A program made the position numbers and the translations under genes. Positions 34,901-43,820 of a DNA stretch of 64,000 nucleotides are shown here, one piece after another (within the stretch, counting starts at the first letter, position 1; the number at the start of each line of letters is the position of its first letter). The stretch covers positions 32,001 to 96,000 of the forward strand of contig BK006944.2 in assembly GCA_000146045.2 (NCBI GenBank), in the 5' to 3' direction. The stretch comes from TPA_inf: Saccharomyces. Its lineage: Eukaryota. Under the pieces are notes generated by a model. The model made no database searches. It was not told the origin of the DNA and saw only the letters and a list, made by a program, of their open reading frames with translations.

Positions 34901-35466
34901 GGCAGAACAGTTTTATCTATGGAAATCAGCTTATTCAGCTCGTGGAAGGTTGTCCAGTCGTACCATGAAAAGGGTAACTTTTCTGGCTGATCTGCGTCAT
35001 TATTTTGCAAATGGTTCAGCACAACGGACCACGTGAGACGAGGGTCGAAGTCGTAAAACTTCAACTCATCCACGGATTCGAGCTTACTGCCCTTTCGAGG
35101 GCCCATTTTGACCGAGAGCAGGTCATTTTGCAGAGTATATTCATTGACCCATTTAGGGTTGGTGCCGAATTTTAAATTTTCGTATAATGTCTTAGCGAAC
35201 TGGATCTTGCGATCGTTTTTGAAAGACGAAGTCAGGATGCTATACCAGGAATCATCATCACTGTCAAGTTCGTTGTAATTTGGTAGAAGGTAATCAGCGT
35301 CCCGCCCAAGTCCGTTACGCTGCGGTGAATTTGACCAGATAAACGTTATAATGATGATCTGCAGTAGAATCAGTGGAAGGAGAATGCGCCTTAATGGGTA
35401 GTGCTTGACACGCAGCAGGCCAGATAAGAACCGCCTGTGAAGTTTAGATGATATTCGCTGAAGCAT
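31930..35466 (-). CDS. MNN4: Positive regulator of mannosylphosphate transferase (LicD/fukutin-like) with a C-terminal (KKKKEEEE)n tail
   Basis: 1178 aa. It has an N-terminal signal-anchor and a LicD-type domain. The last ~145 residues are an uninterrupted Lys/Glu repeat, which is characteristic of Mnn4. Confidence 0.95.
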   Translation of the reverse strand: MLQRISSKLHRRFLSGLLRVKHYPLRRILLPLILLQIIIITFIWSNSPQRNGLGRDADYLLPNYNELDSDDDSWYSILTSSFKNDRKIQFAKTLYENLKFGTNPKWVNEYTLQNDLLSVKMGPRKGSKLESVDELKFYDFDPRLTWSVVLNHLQNNDADQPEKLPFSWYDWTTFHELNKLISIDKTVLPCNFLFQSAFDKESLEAIETELGEPLFLYERPKYAQKLWYKAARNQDRIKDSKELKKHCSKLFTPDGHGSPKGLRFNTQFQIKELYDKVRPEVYQLQARNYILTTQSHPLSISIIESDNSTYQVPLQTEKSKNLVQSGLLQEYINDNINSTNKRKKNKQDVEFNHNRLFQEFVNNDQVNSLYKLEIEETDKFTFDKDLVYLSPSDFKFDASKKIEELEEQKKLYPDKFSAHNENYLNSLKNSVKTSPALQRKFFYEAGAVKQYKGMGFHRDKRFFNVDTLINDKQEYQARLNSMIRTFQKFTKANGIISWLSHGTLYGYLYNGMAFPWDNDFDLQMPIKHLQLLSQYFNQSLILEDPRQGNGRYFLDVSDSLTVRINGNGKNNIDARFIDVDTGLYIDITGLASTSAPSRDYLNSYIEERLQEEHLDINNIPESNGETATLPDKVDDGLVNMATLNITELRDYITSDENKNHKRVPTDTDLKDLLKKELEELPKSKTIENKLNPKQRYFLNEKLKLYNCRNNHFNSFEELSPLINTVFHGVPALIPHRHTYCLHNEYHVPDRYAFDAYKNTAYLPEFRFWFDYDGLKKCSNINSWYPNIPSINSWNPNLLKEISSTKFESKLFDSNKVSEYSFKNLSMDDVRLIYKNIPKAGFIEVFTNLYNSFNVTAYRQKELEIQYCQNLTFIEKKKLLHQLRINVAPKLSSPAKDPFLFGYEKAMWKDLSKSMNQTTLDQVTKIVHEEYVGKIIDLSESLKYRNFSLFNITFDETGTTLDDNTEDYTPANTVEVNPVDFKSNLNFSSNSFLDLNSYGLDLFAPTLSDVNRKGIQMFDKDPIIVYEDYAYAKLLEERKRREKKKKEEEEKKKKEEEEKKKKEEEEKKKKEEEEKKKKEEEEKKKKEEEEKKKQEEEEKKKKEEEEKKKQEEGEKMKNEDEENKKNEDEEKKKNEEEEKKKQEEKNKKNEDEEKKKQEEEEKKKNEEEEKKKQEEGHSN
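31943..32350. repeat. Imperfect tandem ~24-bp GAA/GAG-rich coding minisatellite encoding (KKKKEEEE)n at the MNN4 C-terminus
   Basis: Periodic (ttcttcttcttttcttcctcttcc)-like units over about 400 bp. They produce five overlapping artefact ORFs on both strands at 31797-32462. The 201-aa ORF at 31797-32402 corresponds to the dubious YKL202W. Confidence 0.9.
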
Positions 35467-35527
35467 AACTAATTAGTTTATTTGTGTGAAGGAATAGTGA
35501 CGTTGTGATGCGGTGAGTTCGGCGGTT

Positions 35528-35609
35528 AGGGGAATGGTATATGATAAAAAACGGAAACGTGCTTCTTTAATTTAATTGTTTAATATTGTTGCAGATATAT
35601 AAAAAGGGG
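35528..35609. promoter_or_regulatory. MNN4 promoter core: two STRE motifs (AGGGG at 35528-35532 and 35605-35609) and a TATATAAA at about 35596
   Basis: The motifs are read directly, 60-140 bp upstream of the MNN4 ATG at 35466. MNN4 is known to be induced in stationary phase and stress. Confidence 0.4.
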
Positions 35610-35760
35610 GAAAGAACCAAAGATGTAATTATTTCTTTATTGCCTCAACCTAAAGCAAGCAATAAGGTATAGAGATCAGGACGTCTCGAGAGCTGATATC
35701 AAATTTGAAGCCACGCAAGTAACTACGTAGGTCAGAGGGCACAAGGAATAACACGTGACA

Positions 35761-35800
35761 TTTTTCTTTTTTCTTTTTTTTTTTTTTTTTTTTTTTTGTT
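35761..35800. repeat. Long poly(dA:dT) tract (about 38 of 40 nt T), likely a nucleosome-excluding element in the MNN4 upstream region
   Basis: The run tttttcttttttctttttttttttttttttttttttttgtt is read directly. Confidence 0.9.
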
Positions 35801-36231
35801 AGTCTTGGCTTCTGTGCCGTAGTCTGTATACGGTTTTAGATGCGGTATGTTTATCATCGCCCAGAAATTTGCGGGGTGCAAAGAAATAAAATCCGTGCTG
35901 AAACCCGTGCTGAAATCCGTGCACCGCATCAAATTTTCTCGGAGGATTCTTTGCGCCGGTTTTCATTTTCTTCCACGGAATACCAAGCCCATTGCATCGC
36001 GATGTTAGTTTAGCGGAGTTTCTTGGCATTGGCAAATCTCTGCTAAATGCTGCGTACAGACGGAAACTCACACCGCCGCGAAGACTGGTCAGTGGCAAAA
36101 AAAAAATAAAAATATAGAAAATAACTATTACGTATGTTACTGTTTCTGGTAGTTGATATGAAGTTGGAGTTGTATATTGTACGCTTTAGGAACAGGGAAG
36201 TGAATATTATTTACTCTGCTGCACATTCTGG

Positions 36232-38220
36232 CTAGGTCGAAGCCGGAACTTGAGAAGACGCCGCGCTAGAACTATGGACCAAGCTGTTGACAATGTTCAG
36301 ATGGTGATGCACTACCCTGTGCGGGGAGTGGCCACGGACGCGAGCGGAAGGTGCGGAAGGTGCGGAAGGTGCGGGAGTTGCGGGAGGTTCTTCGCTAAGC
36401 GTGAGGGTTGCTAGCTGGGGCGGCGGGGTTTCCCTAAGTGTAAATAAGGCCTCGGCTGGCACATGAGTCGCCGGAGGAGGCGGCGGAGGCGACGACGCTA
36501 AAACCGTGGCCGTTGGGGAAGGATGGGCGGCTATATCTACCATTGACCTGATGGGGACTCGGTTCTTAAGGAATGGGTTTGAGGTGGGTGTGGTTGCAGC
36601 AACATCTGTAGCGATATGGAAACCCCGCGGATTCTCGTACGTAGTGGTTTTGATAATAGGTTTCTTACACACATATTTGTCGTTGGCATCAACACAAGTC
36701 TCAATTCCTTGGAACCATGGGTCTTCGAAGAGGTCGTCGATGGTGTAGCGGGTGGCGGCTTCTGGGTCAGCGAGCCGCCATGCCACGCGAGATGCATGTC
36801 CGTTCTTGAAATTTCTAGCCAAGTGATACTCCATTCCCGGCCCCGGGCGGTAATTGCCGCGATTGCGGAATGCGCGATCGTGAAGACGGATAAAGTTTTC
36901 ATAAGCGTCACAGTAATCGCGGAAACCAGTGTCGAAGCTGCAGGATTCCAAAAATGGAATGACGTTGTTGACGAGGGTCATGAGGATAATACCCAGGCCA
37001 TAACAGTCTAGAGCGCGTGGGTCATACGGCTGTTGCAATTCCGTATCGTAGTGCTTCTTGGAGTCGTAGAACATGACCTCCGGGGGAGCATACGGCGGCG
37101 AGCCGATCATCCCTGCGCACTTCTTGACAGGGCTGGACAGGTCGTGTGGATCCGTGTGGTACCAGTCTGAGATACCAAAATCTGTCAGCTTGCACACGCC
37201 GTCCGGGGATAGCAGTACATTTTCCGGTTTCAAATCACGGTGGGCGATGCCCTGATCGTGGCAAAACTTGACACCACACGCCACCTGTTTGAATATACAA
37301 AACTTTTCTGCTAGGGCCACGCTGCGCCAGCCCGATTTTTGTATCATCGCGAACAAATCTCGTAGACCTAGCTCCATGACGAACCCCCACCCGCGAGTGG
37401 TGTAGACGGTGGTGGGCACCTTGACTAGAAGGAAAGTATTTGTGATGTGAACATGATGACTTAGCTGCTTTGCGATGATAAACTCCTTTGAGCAGCGCTT
37501 GTAGAATTTCTCGGGCGTTTCATTATAGATCATATTGAGCTTCTTTAGAGCAAATACGTCCTTCTTGCGGTACTTGGAGCGGATCTTGCGCACTTCGCAC
37601 GAACCGCCCCATCCGATGGTCTTATTCTCATCATCAAAGACGAAGTTATCGCTCAACTGGATGCTTGCCTCCTTCATCTCGTCGGGCAGATACTCGTTTG
37701 GGTCCACAATTGGGATCGGCAGCATGCGGATTTTGGAATCCCCATCGTGAAGGTAGAAGCCCAGATCAGGGTCTTTCTTCATGGAGGTAGAGACGGACGA
37801 GAGTGACGTGCTTGGGGTTGAGACGCCGTATGGATTGTACACTAATCGTTCGCTACTGAACTTGGAGTTTGAGAGATTACGCGAAGTGGACGAATGTCTG
37901 TTTCCTCTTGAGATGGACGTGCTGGAGCCGGCCGGAGGTAGGATCTTGGTTGAGGCGGAAGATAAAGATCTCTTGCTGTTGGTTGTGTGAGCGAAAGAGT
38001 TTGCACGGCGAGAGGTTTTCAACGAATTCGGCAGTTTTGGGCTGGAGGATTCGCTGTCATTAGTACTTGTAGAGTGGAAGTCTGGAGGTAGAGACGCCTT
38101 TTTCTTCAACTTGTTCCCATGGCTTGAACTTAACAGCTTCTTTCCGAAGAACTTAAATGCTGATACCGAGGAGATTGGTTGTTGGGATATCTTCGTAGAA
38201 TGATTGTGTGAGACTGTCAT
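36232..38220 (-). CDS. PTK1: Ser/Thr protein kinase (polyamine transport kinase), NPR/HAL5 family
   Basis: 662-aa ORF. The kinase core has HRDLKPENVLL and DFG. Ser-rich N-terminal and Pro/Ala/Ser-rich C-terminal low-complexity regions. The position between MNN4 and PEX1 matches YKL198C (the former YKL198C/199C pair). Confidence 0.8.
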   Translation of the reverse strand: MTVSHNHSTKISQQPISSVSAFKFFGKKLLSSSHGNKLKKKASLPPDFHSTSTNDSESSSPKLPNSLKTSRRANSFAHTTNSKRSLSSASTKILPPAGSSTSISRGNRHSSTSRNLSNSKFSSERLVYNPYGVSTPSTSLSSVSTSMKKDPDLGFYLHDGDSKIRMLPIPIVDPNEYLPDEMKEASIQLSDNFVFDDENKTIGWGGSCEVRKIRSKYRKKDVFALKKLNMIYNETPEKFYKRCSKEFIIAKQLSHHVHITNTFLLVKVPTTVYTTRGWGFVMELGLRDLFAMIQKSGWRSVALAEKFCIFKQVACGVKFCHDQGIAHRDLKPENVLLSPDGVCKLTDFGISDWYHTDPHDLSSPVKKCAGMIGSPPYAPPEVMFYDSKKHYDTELQQPYDPRALDCYGLGIILMTLVNNVIPFLESCSFDTGFRDYCDAYENFIRLHDRAFRNRGNYRPGPGMEYHLARNFKNGHASRVAWRLADPEAATRYTIDDLFEDPWFQGIETCVDANDKYVCKKPIIKTTTYENPRGFHIATDVAATTPTSNPFLKNRVPIRSMVDIAAHPSPTATVLASSPPPPPPATHVPAEALFTLRETPPPQLATLTLSEEPPATPAPSAPSAPSARVRGHSPHRVVHHHLNIVNSLVHSSSAASSQVPAST
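36344..36388. repeat. In-frame 9-bp tandem repeat (GCGGAAGGT x3 plus two degenerate copies) encoding APSAPSAPSA in the PTK1 C-terminus
   Basis: Read directly. On the coding (minus) strand the units are GCACCTTCC, encoding A-P-S. Confidence 0.9.
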
Positions 38221-38733
38221 TGGTTGGTGGTGCGATTTAATGCGTATGCTTGCCTGTGGCGTTAAAATGGTCTATACGTTTATGCTAATATTTCTTGATG
38301 TAATGCAGGGCCTATGAATACATGGAGGTTTGTTGCCGGTGGTATACGGTTGAAAAAAAAAAGAAATAGATATATATATATTTCTTCTTTGTATAGACTT
38401 CTGCGAGAAAAAGAAAAGATAAGGAAAAATGAAAAAAAAAGCGTATAGGTGCTAAGAAGAATTAAGTATCAAAAGGTAGCAGGCATTTATGTTATATATG
38501 CAACTTCGGATTTCGTTCAATACATCTTGACCGGTCTCCACTGTTACTGGCATATTTCTCGGGTTTTTCCTTTTCACCACAAGGGAAAAAAAATGCGTTA
38601 TGTAATTTCACCAATATTTTTCCCGTCCTGCGTGCTCGCACAATACAATAGGGTCATGTCACGTAATAAGCAACGTGCGCCGCATTTTTTGCCCTTTAAA
38701 GGGAAACGCGCTTTGTTCTTTTCTTCTTCCTTT

Positions 38734-41700
38734 TCACATAAGGGAGAGTCGGCTACCAATGTCGATGGAATTCTCACCATTGGGCATCTCACCGTTCCTA
38801 TCCTTCTGGAACCTATCGTAAATCCCCCTTAATTTGACCAACTCACTTGTTGAAATACTAGGTTTTGTCTCTTGACAGGCTTCCAATAAATCGTTTATTG
38901 TGACCACAGCTGTCAGCTCAGAAGCAGCTGAAGTGCTTGTCTTTGTCTCGTGCACCACATCTTGCTGCAATAGAGTCTTTAGCCGTAGTCTATTTTCTTC
39001 TCTACGCCCGTGCTCATTGATACTGAAGTATTCTATATTATCATTGCCGGGTACCACTTCCGATTGGTCTGCAGCAGACAGCCACCTATGTACAGATTTC
39101 AAATAAGCATTGTAGCAGAGCCCCTGTAAATCAGCACCCGAAAAACCAGCTGTCTTTTCAGCGATCAACTTCAAGTCTGCATTTTTCTCCAATGCAAATT
39201 TTTTTTGTCCCGTATCCTTGTCTTTTGAATTGACGATAGCTTGCAAGATATCTAACCTCTCTGATTCAGTCGGTATATTACAGATCACACTTTTGTCTAA
39301 TCTTCCCGGTCTTAACAATGCGCTATCAATCAAATCAGGTCTACTTGTAGCTGCTAGTATATATACACCATCAAGGCCCTCGGCACCATCCATTTGGGTC
39401 AATAATTGATTGACTACACGGTCTGTGACACCAGTGGAGTCATGCCCTCTCTTTGGCGCAATAGAATCGAACTCGTCAAAAAATAGAATACAGGGTTTGA
39501 CGGACTGTGCCCTTTCAAACAATTCTCTTATGTTTTGTTCGCTGGCACCTATAAACTTGTTTAAAATCTCTGGTCCCTTAACGGAGATAAAGTTTAACCC
39601 ACATTGTTGTGCCACGGCGCTCGCCAGAAGCGTTTTACCACAACCAGGATAACCGTAAAGCAAGATTCCTGATCTCAATCTTAGGGGACAATTAACGAAA
39701 ATAGGCTCATATTTTGTGGGCCACTCTAAGGTTTCTAGAAGGACATCTTTGGCATTTGCTAAAGCACCAATATCCCCCCATTTGATGTTCGTTTCTTTTG
39801 TTAGCTTTACTCCACGCAACGCAGATGGTGTAAACGCACTAAGCGACTTCGAAAAAAGTTCCCTTGTTACAACATTATCACAATCTCTTTCCAACTGCAA
39901 GTCGTAGAAAATCTTTTCTGTGAATATTTCCAAATCTAGTGGCGAAAATCCTTCTGTCTCCAACGACAAATCACTGAATTGCAAATCTCGATTTAGTTTC
40001 ATGATCTGGTTTTTCGAGAAAAAATACTCCAGTAACTTCGCTCTTGCATGTTTGTCAGGTGCTCTCAAAGACCACGTCTCTGAAACAAAATGCTTATCAA
40101 ACAATAGCGGATTAATTTGAGTTTTCTGCTTGCCTGAAAATAAAACTCTGATTCGTTTATTATCCTTGTTAAATATCTTTGTCACCTGATTGATGAAAAA
40201 ATTCAAAAGTTTGCTTGCATTATCCCATTGGCCATTATTAGAAGGATCTCCGTCATTGGCTTGAGGTTTTCCAAATAGAGCCTCAACGTTATCCAACACA
40301 ATCAAAGAAGGACCATACCAATAACAAAAAGAACACCATTCCATAATTAATTTTTGGGTTTTATCTAAATTTGATGTCTCGTGCAATGTTTCACAATCCG
40401 CATATTTAACGAAGATGTGATGATCTTTTTCCACTTCATTTATAAGCTCTTTTAATAACCTTGTTTTACCGATCCCTTGCTTACCATCTAATATAATAGC
40501 TGGTGTGGCAATAATAGGCGATGTCAAATAATTGACCATTTCTTTCTTGATACTATTTACCGTAATGAAATCATCTTCATCTTTACTAGTGCGCGAAACT
40601 TCGCCAGTTTCTTTGACGTGGTAATGTTTAGGCAAATGCCTTTCGATAATATCTTTAACTTCTTCTTTACCCATTTGGGTTACTTTCCATTGAACGGATT
40701 CATTGGAAATTTCATTCAAATTACACAACTGCTGCTCGGATTCACCTTTTTTTATTTCGATTATAATTTGCTCTGTTGGAAGTATTAAGTTATTGGTCAA
40801 TAAGCTCCCGCCCAACAACTTAGAATACTGATCCCCACTCTTGGTAGGAACGTCCTTGCCAAAATATTTGATATTGACTGTTGCATTTCTTCCGGATATT
40901 ATATTTGCTTGATTCATTTGTAGAAACTCTAGTTTGATTTTTGCTCCGTTCATTGGGTGCGTAAAGAATGCATCCCAAAGATGAGAGCTTAATGCAATGT
41001 GATTTTCGGGTATCTGACTATCACATTTTATAAAAACCCCAATCTTCTTCGAAGGGATACCAACTGATTTATTATCTGAATCGCTTTTCTTGGACTGCCT
41101 TAAGCTACATTTTACGATAGAAGCGTAGCCCTTCTGAGAAGGCAATTGTGCCCCGTCACTGATATATACGACAAAAAGGTTATCTTTAGGGAAGTCCATT
41201 TTGCACACAGTACTCCTCAATATTACCTTCTTTAAAAGTTGGATAGCCCCATTTTTTAGTATTGTCTTATTACTATGACCATACTCAGCCTTCACCAAAC
41301 GTGTTTTATTGACTTTTGGTGCCACAACAACCAAGGAACCATCTGTGATCCTCGCAGACTTCATTGATGGCTCCACCCTGTCAATTTTGAACTTTGTAAC
41401 AATTCCTTCCAAATAACAAATCAAAGTCTCACCTGGGGTAACTATACGGGTTTGGTGCAAAATCTCACCATTTTGGAACCTCATCGCATTGGCATCGATA
41501 ATTTCCCAATCATCACTCGTTTCTGGCGTGACATACACCTCCGTAGCCAGGTGTGTGTGGTCATATCGCTGGATGTATAAGTCCACCAATGGAGACTTTT
41601 GATTTAAATCATATACTGTGGCCAAAACAGGATTGATAAGAACAACATTCTCACTCGATCCAGAATCATGGCCATCCCATCCAAGATGAACAATAGGTAT

Positions 41701-41865
41701 ATCTGAATTATGAGAATGGACTGCTATACCGAATTCCTGGATAGCGTAGTTGGTTGACTCTAACACGTTTATAATTGAATGCGGTAACCTTAAAAAGTTT
41801 CCTACTATGGCATTGGAGAATTGGATTCTCAGATTCTCAAACTTCAACCTCTTGGTCGTCGTCAT
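38734..41865 (-). CDS. PEX1: Peroxisomal biogenesis AAA-ATPase peroxin 1
   Basis: 1043 aa with two AAA modules (Walker A GKQGIGKT and GYPGCGKT, Walker B DEFD). The length matches YKL197C. Confidence 0.95.
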   Translation of the reverse strand: MTTTKRLKFENLRIQFSNAIVGNFLRLPHSIINVLESTNYAIQEFGIAVHSHNSDIPIVHLGWDGHDSGSSENVVLINPVLATVYDLNQKSPLVDLYIQRYDHTHLATEVYVTPETSDDWEIIDANAMRFQNGEILHQTRIVTPGETLICYLEGIVTKFKIDRVEPSMKSARITDGSLVVVAPKVNKTRLVKAEYGHSNKTILKNGAIQLLKKVILRSTVCKMDFPKDNLFVVYISDGAQLPSQKGYASIVKCSLRQSKKSDSDNKSVGIPSKKIGVFIKCDSQIPENHIALSSHLWDAFFTHPMNGAKIKLEFLQMNQANIISGRNATVNIKYFGKDVPTKSGDQYSKLLGGSLLTNNLILPTEQIIIEIKKGESEQQLCNLNEISNESVQWKVTQMGKEEVKDIIERHLPKHYHVKETGEVSRTSKDEDDFITVNSIKKEMVNYLTSPIIATPAIILDGKQGIGKTRLLKELINEVEKDHHIFVKYADCETLHETSNLDKTQKLIMEWCSFCYWYGPSLIVLDNVEALFGKPQANDGDPSNNGQWDNASKLLNFFINQVTKIFNKDNKRIRVLFSGKQKTQINPLLFDKHFVSETWSLRAPDKHARAKLLEYFFSKNQIMKLNRDLQFSDLSLETEGFSPLDLEIFTEKIFYDLQLERDCDNVVTRELFSKSLSAFTPSALRGVKLTKETNIKWGDIGALANAKDVLLETLEWPTKYEPIFVNCPLRLRSGILLYGYPGCGKTLLASAVAQQCGLNFISVKGPEILNKFIGASEQNIRELFERAQSVKPCILFFDEFDSIAPKRGHDSTGVTDRVVNQLLTQMDGAEGLDGVYILAATSRPDLIDSALLRPGRLDKSVICNIPTESERLDILQAIVNSKDKDTGQKKFALEKNADLKLIAEKTAGFSGADLQGLCYNAYLKSVHRWLSAADQSEVVPGNDNIEYFSINEHGRREENRLRLKTLLQQDVVHETKTSTSAASELTAVVTINDLLEACQETKPSISTSELVKLRGIYDRFQKDRNGEMPNGENSIDIGSRLSLM

Positions 41866-42229
41866 TTGAAAGAGCAGTTCCTCAGGTGTTTCTTGTTACT
41901 GCCGTCCCTTCCAGAAGAAATTCGACGATGACAATAGTCGGAGAGATATTCCGGACCTTTATAATTGCGGCTACGCACAAGAATAAATCGCGATAGTAAT
42001 CGGATATAAGACAATAAAGTCCAGCTAACTTGGTTGGAGAATTCGACAGATTACCATGAATATAGAAATCGATGTTTTTTTTTGTCCACGCCGATTGATC
42101 AGCCATTTTTTTTTATCAGGGTCGCAACTGCCCTGTGCAAATAAGAAAGCCTGAAATGGTTGCACAAAGACCACAAACAAGGGCATACGCCAGTACAGTA
42201 TTATGGACTCATGCCATCGAGGTTACATA

Positions 42230-42575
42230 GAATTAGTTTAAACAAAAACCAACTATCCTCTAATATCCATGGTACGAGTATATATAATTGTATGAAGTGT
42301 AAGAATATGATATAAATAATGAGAGCACTCATAGAGAGTAACGGCGCTGAATTGTAAGAACTGTCACGTAGTAACACAATCACTGAAAGCATATAAAGTG
42401 AAATGAGAAACGGTAGTAATATCATATGCATTACCAATTCCTTTTAGTGAATTTCCATGTGCCCGAGGGGGGACTTCCAGTATATTCTGTTACATTTAAG
42501 TAAATACTTCATCAACAAATAGGGCCCAGCGGTTTCTTACACTAATTATACATTTACAACGTAAATGCTCCAGCT
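42230..42575 (+). mobile_element. Degenerate solo Ty1/Ty2-type delta LTR about 50 bp upstream of tN(GUU)K
   Basis: Several blocks match the delta consensus: aaaccaactatcctcta resembles AAATCAACTATCATCTA. aaatgagaaacggtagtaatatcatatgcattacc resembles GGAATGAGGAATAATCGTAATATTAGTATGTAG. cccgaggggggacttccagtatattctgttacat resembles CCTCGAGGAGAACTTCTAGTATATCTACAT. The element sits where Ty1 integrates, upstream of a Pol III gene. The boundaries are approximate. Confidence 0.55.
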
Positions 42576-42623
42576 CAAGCATTATTTATATATCTTGTTT
42601 TCAAAAGAAAAATATAGCAATTA

Positions 42624-42697
42624 GACTCCATGGCCAAGTTGGTTAAGGCGTGCGACTGTTAATCGCAAGATCGTGAGTTCAACCCTCACTGGGGTCG
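42624..42697 (+). tRNA. tN(GUU)K: tRNA-Asn (anticodon GUU), 74 nt, no intron
   Basis: GACTCCATGGCCAAGTTGGTTAAGGCGTGCGACTGTTAATCGCAAGATCGTGAGTTCAACCCTCACTGGGGTCG has acceptor GACTCCA/TGGGGTC, anticodon loop CTGTTAA and T-arm GTGAG-TTCAACC-CTCAC. A T-rich Pol III terminator follows. Confidence 0.95.
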
Positions 42698-42698
42698 C

Positions 42699-42716
42699 TT
42701 ATTTTTAACTTTTTTA
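42699..42716 (+). terminator. Pol III terminator T-runs downstream of tN(GUU)K
   Basis: ttatttttaacttttttt lies immediately 3' of the tRNA. Confidence 0.7.
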
Positions 42717-42931
42717 CACTGAAGAAACAAATCAATTCTAATACAATGCCAATGGCTTCAAATCAACCTTTGGTTATAATAGTTAGGAGAATCGATGCTT
42801 ACATAGTATATTATTTAAACAATTAATTTGATTTAAAAGATTTTTGTTTCCCTTGCTGCTGTCATTGGCTTTCTAAATTACATAAAGCAGATGAAAAGCC
42901 ACACTATGCTGAAAATAGTGTGTGGATGCAT

Positions 42932-43534
42932 CTACATGATGATGCAACACGAATTGGATTTTTTAGCTTGCTTATAAAACATTTTGGAACTTGCCGTTAA
43001 TGACTCCGATTTGTCCACCAAATTATCCAACTTTTCACCTCTTTGTAAAACATTCTCAATCGTTTTGTGCAAAACGATTTTCGTCTCATCCAGTTCTTGT
43101 TGAACTTTCATGATAGCGTCAGCCTGTGAAGGATCTTGATATTTGCTAATGTAAGTGTCCAGTTGCTTCATTTTCAATGCATCATTGGTCTCAGTCACAT
43201 CTGCCCACTCTTCCTTAGGATGTGCGACTAAATATTCATCCAATATTTTGTTTAATAGTGTGTATGCTGGTCTGACAGGATATTCTTTGTCGGTGATCAA
43301 AACACCACATATGCCCTCACTCCTGGCATAAACGTGGCCAATATAGTTGCCTTCTTCTATACTTTGTCTTTGTCCTGCACCAGTTCTAGAAGCGACCGTT
43401 TCAGCAAAAAAAGTCATAAACTGGCCAACACTAGACCTTTCAAAGAAACCAAATTGTGACAAGTCTTTAACTTCACTCAACTCTAGAGCCTTTTCTCCTC
43501 CAGAGCGAAATACACCGATGTAGTAGATTCTCAT
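42932..43534 (-). CDS. YKT6: R-SNARE with longin domain, prenylated CCIIM C-terminus
   Basis: 200 aa from [15 protein letters not shown]. The ORF track begins two codons upstream at MAM. Ends in the CAAX box CIIM. YKL196C position. Confidence 0.93.
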   Translation of the reverse strand: MRIYYIGVFRSGGEKALELSEVKDLSQFGFFERSSVGQFMTFFAETVASRTGAGQRQSIEEGNYIGHVYARSEGICGVLITDKEYPVRPAYTLLNKILDEYLVAHPKEEWADVTETNDALKMKQLDTYISKYQDPSQADAIMKVQQELDETKIVLHKTIENVLQRGEKLDNLVDKSESLTASSKMFYKQAKKSNSCCIIM

Positions 43535-43820
43535 TGCCAAAATAACTTCTCTAGTGATACGTAAAGCTTCAGAAATGCCCTAGCCTGGTCTAACGCAGTC
43601 AAACTGTGCCAGAGACTTTTGTATATTGTTCATGTTGATATCTATTGTGCTTGCTCTTGATTTCACACCAAGCCAATCGTTCTGTACGGCACGCCACCCA
43701 ATAAGAAAAAAAGGGAAAAGGAGCCGAATTTTGGTTTAAAAACATATAATGCTGAAATTGTGGAACACCAATTACCAACTGGAAGTAGGCTCGATCCAAA
43801 GAGTGTATATTATCAGTAAA

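Noticed and set aside
38449-38832. 127-aa plus-strand ORF between PTK1 and PEX1.
   Set aside because: It overlaps the PEX1 3' coding end by about 100 bp on the opposite strand and lies in the PTK1 promoter. It has no recognisable domain and is probably spurious, although untested.
42201-42437. 78-aa minus-strand ORF upstream of tN(GUU)K.
   Set aside because: It lies wholly within the degenerate delta LTR.
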